The notes beneath the pieces are model-generated. The model had not been told where the DNA came from. It worked only from the letters and a program-made list of their open reading frames with translations, and ran no database searches. The position numbers were made by a program, and so were the translations under genes. From positions 124,001 to 188,000 of IMG/VR virus record IMGVR_UViG_3300027736_001324: 64,000 nt of DNA, one strand, 5' to 3'. Below, piece by piece: positions 36,567 through 55,766 of this stretch. Numbering within the stretch: the first letter of the stretch is position 1; every line of letters starts with the position of its first letter.

Positions 36567-39500
36567 ATGGCATTAACATCACCCGGCGTAGAAGTAACGA
36601 TCATTGACCAGAGTCAATATTTACCAGCGGCTGCTGGTTCTGTTCCGCTAGTAGTATTAGCTACAGCGCAAAACAAAGCCAATCCAACAGGTACAGGCGT
36701 AGCACCCGCTACAACTGCTGCAAATGCAAATAAGTTGTATCAAGTTACAAGCCAAAGAGATTTAGTAAGTTTGTATGGAACACCATTCTTCTATACTACA
36801 ACAGCTGGAACACCAATTCAAGGTTACGAATTAAATGAATATGGTTTATTAGCAGCATATTCATTATTAGGCGTTACTAACCGTTGTTATGTATTACGTG
36901 CTGATATTGATTTAGCAAGTTTAGTTGGACAAACAGCACGTCCAACAGGTGCCCCTGCTGACGGCGCATATTGGTTAGATACTCTTACTTCAACTTGGGG
37001 TATAAATATATTCAATGCAACAACAGGACAATTTGTCCCAGTATCTCCTCTTGTTATTAGTGATGCAGCTTCATTAACTGGAGGTGGATATCCATTAGAT
37101 AGTATTGGTAACATTGGAAGTTATGCAGTAAATGCAACAGTGACTGGAACAGGCGCCCCTGTTACAACACACCAATTCTTTTTAAAGAATTACAATAATA
37201 CTTGGGTTCCATTGGGATCAAATGAATGGATGGCTTCTGTTCCTACAATTCAAGGTACTGTAAGTAATCCTACATTAATTGCAACTAATACATTTACTAT
37301 AAATGTAAGTGGTATATACAACATTGTAATAGAAGTTCCAGCAGATAATACTGTTGAAGGAGTTGCAAGTGCTATTAATGATGTAGGATTAGGCATTATT
37401 TCAGCAAGAGTAAGTTCAGGTAGATTGTTGATTTATTCTGTACAAACTTCAACAAGTCTTGGTTATTTCTCTATAACAAATACTACAGGAACACCGGCAA
37501 CTGCAATGGGACTTCCTTTATCAACAAACGTTTATCAACCAATATTACAGTACGGCACTTCATCTCAGATGCCATTGTGGTCTAGTAGTCAAACAACTCC
37601 TCGTCCAACTGGTTCTATTTGGATGAAAATTGGTTCTTCTGGAAACGGATTGGAACCAATTGTATCTAGATATAGTACTACAACTGCATCATGGGTTGCA
37701 AAATCTGTATCATTGGCTCAATCTGATTGGTCAGTTACCGCTACGTTAGATCCATCAGGCGGAGCATTGATTGCAGCAGGTGAAGTTTATGGTCAATATA
37801 ATTTTAATGGACAATTTAATGCAGGTCCGGTTTACTTATGGGAAAGATTAGCATCTGGCCCAACAGTAGTAACAGGAACAACAACTGATGTTGTATTTGC
37901 TGGGCTTACTAGTTCTACTAGTTGTACTGCAACAACAGCATCAAGTGATCAAATTACTGTAGCAAGTTCTGCTGCTTTTAATATTGGTGACCCGGTAGTA
38001 TTTACAGGCAGTGTTTTTGGTAATGTAGTGGTTGAAACTACATATTATATCTTAGATAAGCCAACTGCAACCGCAGTAACAATTTCTGCTACCCTAGGTG
38101 GAAGTACATTCCAATTAGCTAATGCAACTGGTACAATGACCATGACTAATCCAGATGTATCTTTGTATGTTCAAGTAAGCGCAGCTGGTTCCACTAATTT
38201 ATCAGCAGTGTATAGCTTTGTAGTTGAGGACGGAATGGATAACACAGATTTTGTAACTGCATGGCAATCATCAGGTATACCTAATACTAGTGCAAGCATT
38301 ACTACTGACGGCGCAATTCAACTACAACACACCCTAGGCGGTGTAATTGTAATGAATGATGTTATTCAAACTGCGGGCGCACTTAAAGGATATTCTGCAG
38401 GTATTTTAGATCAAGCTGGATTCATAGTAGGGGATACACTATTTACTAAATATGGAAATCAACCAACTGTTACTTTTACATCAGTTACTCCTAATTCCAC
38501 TGATAGTGCTACAGGAACTAATGCAACGGTAACTATAACAGGCAATTATGGAAAGTATGTATTAAATGGTAATGGTGTAGCAACCGCTGGAACTGGATAT
38601 GCAATAGGTGATCAATTAACGTTCTTGGGTACACAATTAGGTGGAACAAGCCCGGCAAACGATTTAGTAGTTCAAGTTACTGCTATATCAGGTGACAGCG
38701 CAACTGGTCCAGTAACCGCAACTGCATGGGTTTCAGGTACTTCTAGTATTAATTATTCAGTAGAATGTAGTAATTGGGTAGAATTAGACTTTACTGCTAA
38801 CGAAGGTGCCCCAGTAGCAACTCCAACAAATGGTACAAACTGGTTCTACAGTGTTATTGACCAAGTTGATATACTAGTGCAAGCTAATGGTCAATGGAAT
38901 GGTTATAGAAATATAAATTACGATTCTACTGGTTTCCCATCAGCAACAGGCAGTAATGCAACAGATCCAAATGGTCCTATAATTGCTGCAACTGAACCAA
39001 CAACTCAAAGTGACGGCACAACTGCATTAGCATACGGTGATTTATGGATCAACACAACTGATTTAGAAATGTATCCGGTTATTAGTCGTTGGCAAAGTGT
39101 TGAGTCTGTAGATCAGTGGGTATTGATTGACAATGCAGATCAAACTAGCAGCAAAGGTGTAGCATTCTATGATGCACGTTGGAGCAGTTCTGGTGCAATC
39201 AACCCAGTTGATGATCCGATTCCAACTATCAAGAGTTTGTTAATTAGTGATTATGTTGATTTAGATGTTCCGAATCCAGCTGCATACCCAACAGGTATGT
39301 TGTTGTTCAACACACGCCGTTCAGGATACAATGTAAAAGAATTCACAACAGGATATTTTACAAGTGCTAATTATCCAAATGCCGGATCATATGATGCAGG
39401 GGATCCTACTAACATAGATAACTTACCATTGGTTAGCTATACATGGGTAAGTCAAAGTGGATTACAAAGTAACGGCAGTCCGTATATGGGTCGCCAAGCA

Positions 39501-40430
39501 CAACGTAATATGGTTGTAAAATCATTGCGTTCAGCGATTGACACTAATACTGATATCCGCGACGAAGATAACTTCTTCAACTTAATGGCTACACCTAACT
39601 ATCCAGAATTACAACCTAACATGGTTGTATTGAATGCGGATCGCGGTGAGACAGGTTATATTATTGGTGACACTCCAATGAGATTGCCTCCAAGTGCTAC
39701 TGATATTCAAGCATGGGCAACTAACGCCGCAGGTGCAACAAGCACAGGCGAAGAAGGTTGTGTAACACGTAATACATACTTAGGGTTGTTCTATCCAAGT
39801 GGTATCACAAGTGACCTAAGTGGTAACTTAGTTGCTGTTCCTCCAAGTCACATGATGTTGCGTACATTCTTACGTAATGACACCATCAGCTATCCTTGGT
39901 TAGCAGCAGCAGGCACACGCCGCGGTATCATTGACAATGCTACAAACATTGGTTATATTGATTCAGCTACTGGTGAGTTTGTTACTACTAAGACACAAAT
40001 TGGTATTCGTGATGTATTGTACATTAACTTTATCAATCCGTTGGTATTCTTTACAGGCGTTGGGTTACTAAATTATGGTAACAAGACAAGTTATAACAGT
40101 TCTAGCGCATTAGATAGAGTTAACGTTGCACGACTAATTGCTTATGTACGTAGACAATTAACATTAGCAGCAAGACCGTTTGTATTTGAACCTAACGATG
40201 CATTGACTCGTAATCAAATCGCAGGTGTGGTTCAAACATTGATGGTTGATTTAGTTGCTAAACGCGGTATCTATGATTACTTGGTAATTTGTGACGAAAG
40301 TAACAATACCCCAGCAAGAATCGATAGAAATGAACTTTGGATTGACGTTGCACTTGAACCAGTGAAAGCCGCTGAATTCATTTACATCCCGGTTCGTGTT
40401 CTAAACACAGGTGAGATAGCATCATTATAA
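36567..40430 (+). CDS. tail sheath protein (gp18-like), enlarged to 1287 aa
   Basis: MALTSPGVEV; PWLAAAGTRRG, INP, GNKT, LDRVNVARL, FVFEPND and EFIYIP motifs. Confidence 0.93.
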   Translation: MALTSPGVEVTIIDQSQYLPAAAGSVPLVVLATAQNKANPTGTGVAPATTAANANKLYQVTSQRDLVSLYGTPFFYTTTAGTPIQGYELNEYGLLAAYSLLGVTNRCYVLRADIDLASLVGQTARPTGAPADGAYWLDTLTSTWGINIFNATTGQFVPVSPLVISDAASLTGGGYPLDSIGNIGSYAVNATVTGTGAPVTTHQFFLKNYNNTWVPLGSNEWMASVPTIQGTVSNPTLIATNTFTINVSGIYNIVIEVPADNTVEGVASAINDVGLGIISARVSSGRLLIYSVQTSTSLGYFSITNTTGTPATAMGLPLSTNVYQPILQYGTSSQMPLWSSSQTTPRPTGSIWMKIGSSGNGLEPIVSRYSTTTASWVAKSVSLAQSDWSVTATLDPSGGALIAAGEVYGQYNFNGQFNAGPVYLWERLASGPTVVTGTTTDVVFAGLTSSTSCTATTASSDQITVASSAAFNIGDPVVFTGSVFGNVVVETTYYILDKPTATAVTISATLGGSTFQLANATGTMTMTNPDVSLYVQVSAAGSTNLSAVYSFVVEDGMDNTDFVTAWQSSGIPNTSASITTDGAIQLQHTLGGVIVMNDVIQTAGALKGYSAGILDQAGFIVGDTLFTKYGNQPTVTFTSVTPNSTDSATGTNATVTITGNYGKYVLNGNGVATAGTGYAIGDQLTFLGTQLGGTSPANDLVVQVTAISGDSATGPVTATAWVSGTSSINYSVECSNWVELDFTANEGAPVATPTNGTNWFYSVIDQVDILVQANGQWNGYRNINYDSTGFPSATGSNATDPNGPIIAATEPTTQSDGTTALAYGDLWINTTDLEMYPVISRWQSVESVDQWVLIDNADQTSSKGVAFYDARWSSSGAINPVDDPIPTIKSLLISDYVDLDVPNPAAYPTGMLLFNTRRSGYNVKEFTTGYFTSANYPNAGSYDAGDPTNIDNLPLVSYTWVSQSGLQSNGSPYMGRQAQRNMVVKSLRSAIDTNTDIRDEDNFFNLMATPNYPELQPNMVVLNADRGETGYIIGDTPMRLPPSATDIQAWATNAAGATSTGEEGCVTRNTYLGLFYPSGITSDLSGNLVAVPPSHMMLRTFLRNDTISYPWLAAAGTRRGIIDNATNIGYIDSATGEFVTTKTQIGIRDVLYINFINPLVFFTGVGLLNYGNKTSYNSSSALDRVNVARLIAYVRRQLTLAARPFVFEPNDALTRNQIAGVVQTLMVDLVAKRGIYDYLVICDESNNTPARIDRNELWIDVALEPVKAAEFIYIPVRVLNTGEIASL

Positions 40431-40437
40431 TAAGCTA

Positions 40438-40461
40438 GGATAACCCCGAAAGGGGTTATCT
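40438..40461 (+). terminator. stem-loop with GAAA tetraloop between sheath and tube genes
   Basis: GGATAACCCC-GAAA-GGGGTTATCT. Confidence 0.7.
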
Positions 40462-40501
40462 GTTTATTTAAGATAAATAAGATTAACAGGAGATATATAA
40501 A

Positions 40502-41134
40502 ATGGCAACAGCCTCACAATCATTGTTCAACATGACAGTAGCATCTGATAATGCCGGTGGCAATCAGGGCTTACTAATGCCAAAACTACAATTCAGATTC
40601 AGAGTAAACTTTTTGAATTTTGGAACAGACACAAGTACAGTAGAGTTAACTAAACAAGTTATTGACTGCTCACGTCCACAAGTACAGTTCCAAGAAATTA
40701 CACTACCAGTATACAATTCAACAATGTATTTGGCAGGTAAATATGCTTGGCAAACAATGTCAGTCAACATTCGTGATGACGCAACTGGTAGCGTTTCAAA
40801 ATTAGTTGGTCAACAACTACAGAAGCAATTAGACTTTGTTGAAATGGCAAGTGCTGCATCAGGACAAGACTATAAATTCCAAACCAACATCGAAATTTTA
40901 GATGGTGGTAATGGTACAAATGCTCCTGTAGTATTAGAGACATGGGAACTATATGGATGTTTCTTGCAAACAGCTAACTACAACACATTGAACTATGGTA
41001 CAAATGAGGTTGTGACAATATCATTGACAATACGCTTTGATAATGCAATTCAATCTGCAATTGGTTCTGGTGTAGGTGCTACTATCGGTAGAACAGCAGG
41101 TTCATTATCTACAGGTATTGGCGCTGGTTCATAA
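40502..41134 (+). CDS. tail tube protein (gp19-like)
   Basis: PKLQFRFRV, AGKYAW, IRDD, WELYGCF and LTIRFDNA; directly after the sheath gene. Confidence 0.88.
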   Translation: MATASQSLFNMTVASDNAGGNQGLLMPKLQFRFRVNFLNFGTDTSTVELTKQVIDCSRPQVQFQEITLPVYNSTMYLAGKYAWQTMSVNIRDDATGSVSKLVGQQLQKQLDFVEMASAASGQDYKFQTNIEILDGGNGTNAPVVLETWELYGCFLQTANYNTLNYGTNEVVTISLTIRFDNAIQSAIGSGVGATIGRTAGSLSTGIGAGS

Positions 41135-41155
41135 TCAACGCTAAATAAATCTAGC

Positions 41156-42418
41156 ATGTCTGGATTTTTTCAAGACTTACTTAAAGGCGCCGCCGGAACA
41201 TTTTTCGGCGGCGATTACCTACGGGATTATACTCATGCTAGTAAGACATTTAGACCTAATTCATATCAAAACGCTCCTAAGTTTAAATATCTATTTCATA
41301 CATATTTTGAAATAAATCCAGCAGCATACGGCGAAGGTATTAGTACAGGATCTAATTTTGGTATTCTAGTTAAAACAGTAAAACTCCCTAGTTTTACTTT
41401 TGACGTAGCGGTAATGAATCAATATAATCGCAAAAGATTGGTTCAATCAAAAATAAAATATGATACCATAGATATTACTTTCCATGATGATCACGGCACT
41501 GCACCTAATACTCCAAATTCAGGTGGCACAATAAGAAGTTTGTGGAAAGCATATTACAATTATTATTATGCTGATGGTACTGTGCCTCAAGTTGTGTTGC
41601 CAGGTGCACCCGGTGCCCCTCCCAGAAAATTAGTTAGTGGTGCATATCCATTCTCTACTGATGCTACATATAACAATCGTAATCAATATAAACCGTCTAT
41701 AACAGGCAATGACAATTGGGGATATTCAGGAGACTCTCCTGACCCGTCTGGTTCAAAAATACCTTTCTTTAAACAAATAACTGTATTTGGTCTAAGTCAA
41801 CATAATTGGACTGCCTACACGTTGATTAACCCAGTCATAACTAGATTTACACACGATACATATGACTATGCTCAAGGTACTGGTACTATGGAACATCAAA
41901 TGTCTATCGATTATGAAACGGTAGTATACAATGATGGTGGATTAAGCGGAAAGGCACCGGGAAATATTGTTACTGGATTTGGTGATGATGCTAATTATGA
42001 TCGAACGCCTAGTCCAATAATGAGACCAGGCGCTAATAAAACTATATTAGGTCAAGGCGGATTACTAGATGCAGCAGGTGGTATTATCAATAATTTAACT
42101 CCTGATCCAGTCACCGGAGAAGTAAACCTACTAGGTGCTATTCAAAAAGCAGGGACAGCATATAACACATTTAAAAATACTAATTTAGGCAGTCTGGTTA
42201 AATCAGAACTTACTGCCGGTATAATAAATGCAGTTGGACAAACCCCTAATAGAAATTTAATTGTTAGTACCCCTATCTTTGGGGCAGCACCTCAAACTAG
42301 TGGCACCGCCGGAGCACCACCAAGTAATGCACAATCTACCCCTCAACAACTCGGCGGAGCTCCTTATGCGGGTACTAGTAATAGCGGAGTTACTAATTCC
42401 CCGCGAGGCGGCAGATAA
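41156..42418 (+). CDS. tail-tube-fold baseplate protein (gp48/gp54-like tube initiator)
   Basis: VKTVKLPSF...NQYNRK...ITFHDD...W..YY...IDYETV. Confidence 0.65.
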   Translation: MSGFFQDLLKGAAGTFFGGDYLRDYTHASKTFRPNSYQNAPKFKYLFHTYFEINPAAYGEGISTGSNFGILVKTVKLPSFTFDVAVMNQYNRKRLVQSKIKYDTIDITFHDDHGTAPNTPNSGGTIRSLWKAYYNYYYADGTVPQVVLPGAPGAPPRKLVSGAYPFSTDATYNNRNQYKPSITGNDNWGYSGDSPDPSGSKIPFFKQITVFGLSQHNWTAYTLINPVITRFTHDTYDYAQGTGTMEHQMSIDYETVVYNDGGLSGKAPGNIVTGFGDDANYDRTPSPIMRPGANKTILGQGGLLDAAGGIINNLTPDPVTGEVNLLGAIQKAGTAYNTFKNTNLGSLVKSELTAGIINAVGQTPNRNLIVSTPIFGAAPQTSGTAGAPPSNAQSTPQQLGGAPYAGTSNSGVTNSPRGGR

Positions 42419-42441
42419 ATAGTATAAACTATTAATTTATT

Positions 42442-42801
42442 ATGCCACAAATACTAGATCAACGCACTTCAATGGATCAAACGGTTAGAATATTTGACTC
42501 CTTTTATGCCATCACTTTAACTATAAACGGAAACGAATATGATATCGTTCGTGGATATTTTCTATCAATTTGTGCTACAAAAAATATTGCAAATAATTTC
42601 ACTGCGGTGTTATTCAGAATATCACAAGAAACCGGAATAGATGCACTTGATTTGTTAGACCAAATAAAAGGCAAAAAAAAGATGGAGATGAATCAAATTT
42701 TTGCTTACTATATGAATAGTTTCAAAAGCAAAACATCTCTTTATGGTATAGGTACAGTACCAAAACCTAATTTACCCGTAGCACGTAATATCGTACAATA
42801 A
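42442..42801 (+). CDS. late hypothetical protein
   Basis: late box at 42414. Confidence 0.7.
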   Translation: MPQILDQRTSMDQTVRIFDSFYAITLTINGNEYDIVRGYFLSICATKNIANNFTAVLFRISQETGIDALDLLDQIKGKKKMEMNQIFAYYMNSFKSKTSLYGIGTVPKPNLPVARNIVQ

Positions 42802-42803
42802 TC

Positions 42804-43241
42804 ATGGGTAACTGGGCACAAGGCATATATACTCCTAAAAACCCACAAAAATATGTAGGGAAACATAAACCTAAATACCGTTCAGGATGGGAATTAACAT
42901 TCATGACCTTTTGTGATACACATAATAACGTAACACATTGGGCTAGCGAATCAATGTCTATTCCTTATCGTAGTCCATTAGATGGTAAAGTGCATAACTA
43001 TATTCCAGACTTCTTTGTTGTTTATCAAAACAAGTATGGAAAAGCAATTGCTGAAGTAGTAGAGATTAAACCCAAGAAACAAAGTCTAATTGAAAGCCGT
43101 GCGGCAAGCGCAAGAGATAGAGCAGTAGTTGCTGTAAATCATGCTAAATGGGCCGCTGCTACTGCATATTGTAAAATGCAAGGGTTTGCGTTTAGAGTCA
43201 TAACTGAAGATGACCTTTTTAGAAACGGGTCACGAAAGTAA
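42804..43241 (+). CDS. head completion nuclease (gp4-like)
   Basis: PKNPQKYVG, YRSGWE, WASE, YIPDF, EIKP, NHAKWAAA and ITEDDL motifs. Confidence 0.9.
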   Translation: MGNWAQGIYTPKNPQKYVGKHKPKYRSGWELTFMTFCDTHNNVTHWASESMSIPYRSPLDGKVHNYIPDFFVVYQNKYGKAIAEVVEIKPKKQSLIESRAASARDRAVVAVNHAKWAAATAYCKMQGFAFRVITEDDLFRNGSRK

Positions 43242-43253
43242 CTAAATACTTTT

Positions 43254-43730
43254 ATGACAAAAAAGCTAGAAGAATTATTTGAACTTCCCCAAAATGAAAT
43301 AGACACTTTGGCAAAACCGACGCCAGAGAACGCACAAGAAATTACCACTGAAGCATTAGATAGTCTATCAAAAATAGAACAAGCATTACCACAAGTACGT
43401 GGATTAGAAGCTGCTGACGATGAGATGGATAGTCTTGCTACACTAGCACAAGATAGCTATAAAGACTTGATGGACTTGGGAATGCAAGTTGATAGTAGAT
43501 ATGCTAGCGAGATATTCAATGTTGCTGGAACTATGCTAGGACATGCTATCACAGCAAAGACTGCTAAACTAAATAAGAAGTTAAAGATGATTGATTTGCA
43601 ACTAAAAAAAGCGCAATTAGATCAAAAAGAAGCAAGTAGAGACAAAGAGATTGAGGCTACCCCGTTAGGTGAGGGTAGAGAACTTGACAGAAATGAGTTA
43701 CTTAAGATGTTGGCAGCGAAATCCGACTAA
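43254..43730 (+). CDS. probable terminase small subunit
   Basis: helical, size and pattern of T4-like TerS (YKDLMDLG...RYASEIF...LKMIDLQLKK...RNELLKML); late box. Confidence 0.5.
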   Translation: MTKKLEELFELPQNEIDTLAKPTPENAQEITTEALDSLSKIEQALPQVRGLEAADDEMDSLATLAQDSYKDLMDLGMQVDSRYASEIFNVAGTMLGHAITAKTAKLNKKLKMIDLQLKKAQLDQKEASRDKEIEATPLGEGRELDRNELLKMLAAKSD

Positions 43731-43760
43731 AAAGATAAATAATATATACAGGAATAAAAA

Positions 43761-44390
43761 ATGCGAAGCCTCAAACAACATATTATGGAAAGTATACATA
43801 CTTACAAGTATACTATCAAAATTGCCGGCACCATTGACAAAAACTTTTTAGATATGTTTAAATACAATCTAACCAAGTTTGACCCAGTGGAAATCAGTGA
43901 ACCAAAGTCTACCCCGATACAGAAGTCACCATATGGATTTCCTAATTTAGAGAATGAAAGCGTAACATTGATTAAAGTTGAGTTTAGATACCCAGCTACA
44001 GAGCCAATGGTACAACAACTTGCTCAACTATGTGGATACAATGTTAACATGGTGCGTATGGTATCAACAGACTTTGATGATAGCATTGACAGCGAAATGG
44101 CCGGCTATGAAAATGAAATGAAAAATAGTCCATTACTTGACAAAGAAGAAATGGGTCAACAGCCAGACGCTAAAGCAGCAAGCAAAGCGTATGGAGATTC
44201 ATATTTAACTTCAATCAAAGATCAAGCTAAAGAGTCTAAGATTGATATTCCATATGCAGGAACAAAAACAAAAGATGCGTTTGACCCGTTCAAGCCATAT
44301 TTAGATGATAAGAAGTTGGGTGATAAGAGTCCAATGACTACTATCAAAATGCCACCAAAGCCAAAGACTGGCGCAGCATATAACCGTTAA
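43761..44390 (+). CDS. putative internal virion protein
   Basis: late box at 43734; N-terminal MRSLKQHIMES leader. Confidence 0.65.
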   Translation: MRSLKQHIMESIHTYKYTIKIAGTIDKNFLDMFKYNLTKFDPVEISEPKSTPIQKSPYGFPNLENESVTLIKVEFRYPATEPMVQQLAQLCGYNVNMVRMVSTDFDDSIDSEMAGYENEMKNSPLLDKEEMGQQPDAKAASKAYGDSYLTSIKDQAKESKIDIPYAGTKTKDAFDPFKPYLDDKKLGDKSPMTTIKMPPKPKTGAAYNR

Positions 44391-44400
44391 GGAAAAGAAA

Positions 44401-47262
44401 ATGGATATCAGAGATATATTAAAATCATTCGACAATTTATCAGAAGCAACAACAGCTACTGATAAAGGTACAGTTCACAAAGCAGGCCCAGGTGGATATG
44501 GAAATAAACATGGATCAGAAGATGTTACTGATCAATATGGTAAACCAATTGCTCGTATGAGTTTAGGTAAAATGGGTCTTGCAAATGAACCAAAGCGCGG
44601 CAAAGGTCGTCCACCAAATCCTGACAAAGCAAAAGAGTACGATAGCACAGCACTAAACAAAGCAATGGGTGTCGGTAAAGCACCTAAGCCAACTGGCAAG
44701 CCTAGTGTTAAGCATAGTCTTAAAGAATACTTTGATATAATGGACGAAGCATTAAGCGAAGCAGGACTAGCAGTACAACCAATGCCAGCTACACCGCAAC
44801 AGAAGCAACAGCAGCAAATGGCAACAAAGCCATCTTTTATGATTAAAGATCCTGCTAATCCTAATATGCCAGCTATCACTACTCAAGATCCAGCAGTGGT
44901 ACAAGCAGCTAAGAATGGTACAATGTCAATGCAGAAGCCAGGCGCTGCCCCAACTGCACCTGGTGCTGCACCCGCTGCAGGTGCAGGCTCACAAGTTGCA
45001 CCAATGAAAGAAACAGGAGATGTTGGTAAGCATAACAATGCCTCTACAGGATTTGACGCATTGGTTCGTAAATTGACACCTAAGTACGGCAAAGAAGCTG
45101 CTACAAAAATTGCAGGCTCACAATTTCAAAAAATGAAAGAAAGTGAAATAGAAGAAGCAGCTAAGTATCGTGATCCTAAATACAAAGACCAATTGTACAC
45201 ACAGGAACCACTAGACCATACGTTTGGCCCTGACATGGATGATGCTTACGATAATGACTACCCCGATGACTACGCTGGCAGAAAAAGCCCAATGCACAGT
45301 GGCACCGGTGATCCATTAGAAAAATGGCATCGTAGGTCGGCTAAAAATAGTATAAACACTCAGGGCAAAAGAGCAGGCTTGCCATCAAGAGATCAAATTA
45401 CCAGTTTGAAACAAAGTATTAAAAATGTTCACGGTCAACATGCAAGACCTAATTTGCCAGAAGCAGAACAACCGCAACATTTTGCACAATCAAGCCCACT
45501 AAGCACTGCTAATCGCGGTGTGTTAGAAAGCAAAAAAGGTGTTAATCCTTTCGCTAAGAAAGATGACAAAAAAGACGATAAGAAAAAGCCAGATGCCAAC
45601 AAGAACGGTATCCCTGACTATGCTGAAGATGGTAACGGTCCAAACGATACAAAGAAAAAAGGTGCAGCACCTAAGAAAGGTGTAAATCCTTTTGCTAAGA
45701 AAACTGAGAAAAAGAAAGTGAAAGAAGGTATGGAACATCATTTACAAGCAGCAAGACTTGAAGGTAAGAGTCACGCACTAAGAAAAATGCCTTACAATTG
45801 CACACACGATAATATGGAAGAAGCACGTTGCTACCATGATGGCTTTAAAGAAGGCCTAGATGAGTGCTATGGTCAAATGCCAATACTTGGTCGTACAAGA
45901 GTTGGTGAAGTAGACGAGGCTTATGTGGCTAGTCCATCTAATCAATATGATCATTATGGTGATGAGGCTTCTCCAGAAGAACACAAAGCATACCAAGATG
46001 AAATCAATTTGTATAAGACTCCGGGTGCTCATCCTGCTCTAGCATCAATAGGCATGGGCCGCGCTCAAGATATGAATAGTCGTTTAATTCAAACATTACA
46101 AAAAAGAGGAAAGCCTGTTCAACAAGCATTTGGTGAAAACGAAGTAGGCACAATGGCTAGTTATGGTGCAGATGACATGGGTATGGATGAAGGCAATCCT
46201 TTCACTGCCGGGCTTGCTAGAACACCACAAGGTGGCAAGTTTAAAGTAGGTGGAAATACATTTACTGATAGAACACGCTATGATTCAAATTTAGAAGAAT
46301 TTGCGTTTGAATCATTGGACAAGCAATTGAATGCACTACTTGAAAGCGAAGAAAAAGTTTCAGAAGGCATGACAGTTTCTATCAGTAAAGGTCAACAAGG
46401 TTCTCCTGATTCAGTAAGTGTATCAGCACAAGATGGTGAAGCTGACCAGTTGTTAAGTATCATCAAGTCAGCAGGCATGGGTTTGTTTGGCGGTGATGAA
46501 CACAATGGTTATGGCGCACCACAAGGCTCAACACAAGCTCCTGGTGGCATTGAAGTAGTTGATGACCATGACGGTATGATGGCATTGATGAGAAAGTTAT
46601 CAGGCGCAGGCGGCGAAATGCCAAGTGGCGGTGATTACGAAAGTGAAGAAGGTCACGAAGGACACGGCGAAGAAGATCATATGCACGGTGAAGAAGAAAC
46701 TTGCAATGAATGCGGCGGCATGATGGAAGCTGGTCATTCTTGTGGTTCAAAAGAAATGGTAGATGAAGTAGAATCAGAAGATCAAATGGAATTTGAAGTA
46801 TCTGAAAATGCTCCAGACTCTGGTGCTGATAATACTAATGCTGATGTCGCAGGTAATGCAGCGGCTAATAGCGCATTAGCAACAGCGGATGCAGGTGCTG
46901 ATGAAGAAGAAGGTCAAGTATATTCAAGTCCTACTGAAGGTAAAGAAGATACTACTGGTGAAGAAGCCGGTAAAGAAGTAAAAAAAGATATTGAATACGA
47001 TGACAAGAAAGACGAAAAATACAAGAAAGACACAAAAGTAGATGAATCATACGCTAATAGCGCAGATGATACTTTTGAAGCTGACATTGACTTTATGACT
47101 AAGGTTATCAGTGGTGGATTGAATAAACAAAAATCTACTGGTCAAACAACAGTTCCAGTTATCAATGGTCAAAAGAATCGTATGGGAGTTGATGGATTAG
47201 GTAGTCCAATGAAAGAGTCTAATGATTTATTAAAAGACTACAGAAAATTAAGCGGTCTATAA
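44401..47262 (+). CDS. large low-complexity internal head protein with many putative prohead-protease sites
   Basis: 953 aa; repeated hydrophobic-x-E motifs; C-terminal RKLSGL. Confidence 0.65.
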   Translation: MDIRDILKSFDNLSEATTATDKGTVHKAGPGGYGNKHGSEDVTDQYGKPIARMSLGKMGLANEPKRGKGRPPNPDKAKEYDSTALNKAMGVGKAPKPTGKPSVKHSLKEYFDIMDEALSEAGLAVQPMPATPQQKQQQQMATKPSFMIKDPANPNMPAITTQDPAVVQAAKNGTMSMQKPGAAPTAPGAAPAAGAGSQVAPMKETGDVGKHNNASTGFDALVRKLTPKYGKEAATKIAGSQFQKMKESEIEEAAKYRDPKYKDQLYTQEPLDHTFGPDMDDAYDNDYPDDYAGRKSPMHSGTGDPLEKWHRRSAKNSINTQGKRAGLPSRDQITSLKQSIKNVHGQHARPNLPEAEQPQHFAQSSPLSTANRGVLESKKGVNPFAKKDDKKDDKKKPDANKNGIPDYAEDGNGPNDTKKKGAAPKKGVNPFAKKTEKKKVKEGMEHHLQAARLEGKSHALRKMPYNCTHDNMEEARCYHDGFKEGLDECYGQMPILGRTRVGEVDEAYVASPSNQYDHYGDEASPEEHKAYQDEINLYKTPGAHPALASIGMGRAQDMNSRLIQTLQKRGKPVQQAFGENEVGTMASYGADDMGMDEGNPFTAGLARTPQGGKFKVGGNTFTDRTRYDSNLEEFAFESLDKQLNALLESEEKVSEGMTVSISKGQQGSPDSVSVSAQDGEADQLLSIIKSAGMGLFGGDEHNGYGAPQGSTQAPGGIEVVDDHDGMMALMRKLSGAGGEMPSGGDYESEEGHEGHGEEDHMHGEEETCNECGGMMEAGHSCGSKEMVDEVESEDQMEFEVSENAPDSGADNTNADVAGNAAANSALATADAGADEEEGQVYSSPTEGKEDTTGEEAGKEVKKDIEYDDKKDEKYKKDTKVDESYANSADDTFEADIDFMTKVISGGLNKQKSTGQTTVPVINGQKNRMGVDGLGSPMKESNDLLKDYRKLSGL

Positions 47263-47276
47263 AAGAATCGTACTTT

Positions 47277-47307
47277 AAAATACCCGGCAATAGTCGGGTA
47301 TTTTTTT
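47277..47307 (+). terminator. rho-independent terminator
   Basis: AAAATACCCGGC-AATA-GTCGGGTATTTTTTT. Confidence 0.85.
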
Positions 47308-47329
47308 GGGTCACCGTTTCTCAAATAAC

Positions 47330-47348
47330 GATAAATACATTATAAATA
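47330..47348 (+). promoter_or_regulatory. tandem T4-type late promoters
   Basis: GATAAATA (47330) and the exact T4 consensus TATAAATA (47341). Confidence 0.75.
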
Positions 47349-47360
47349 GGTAACACTAAC

Positions 47361-55751
<8,391 letters not shown>

Positions 55752-55766
55752 CATTGAAAGTTGATA

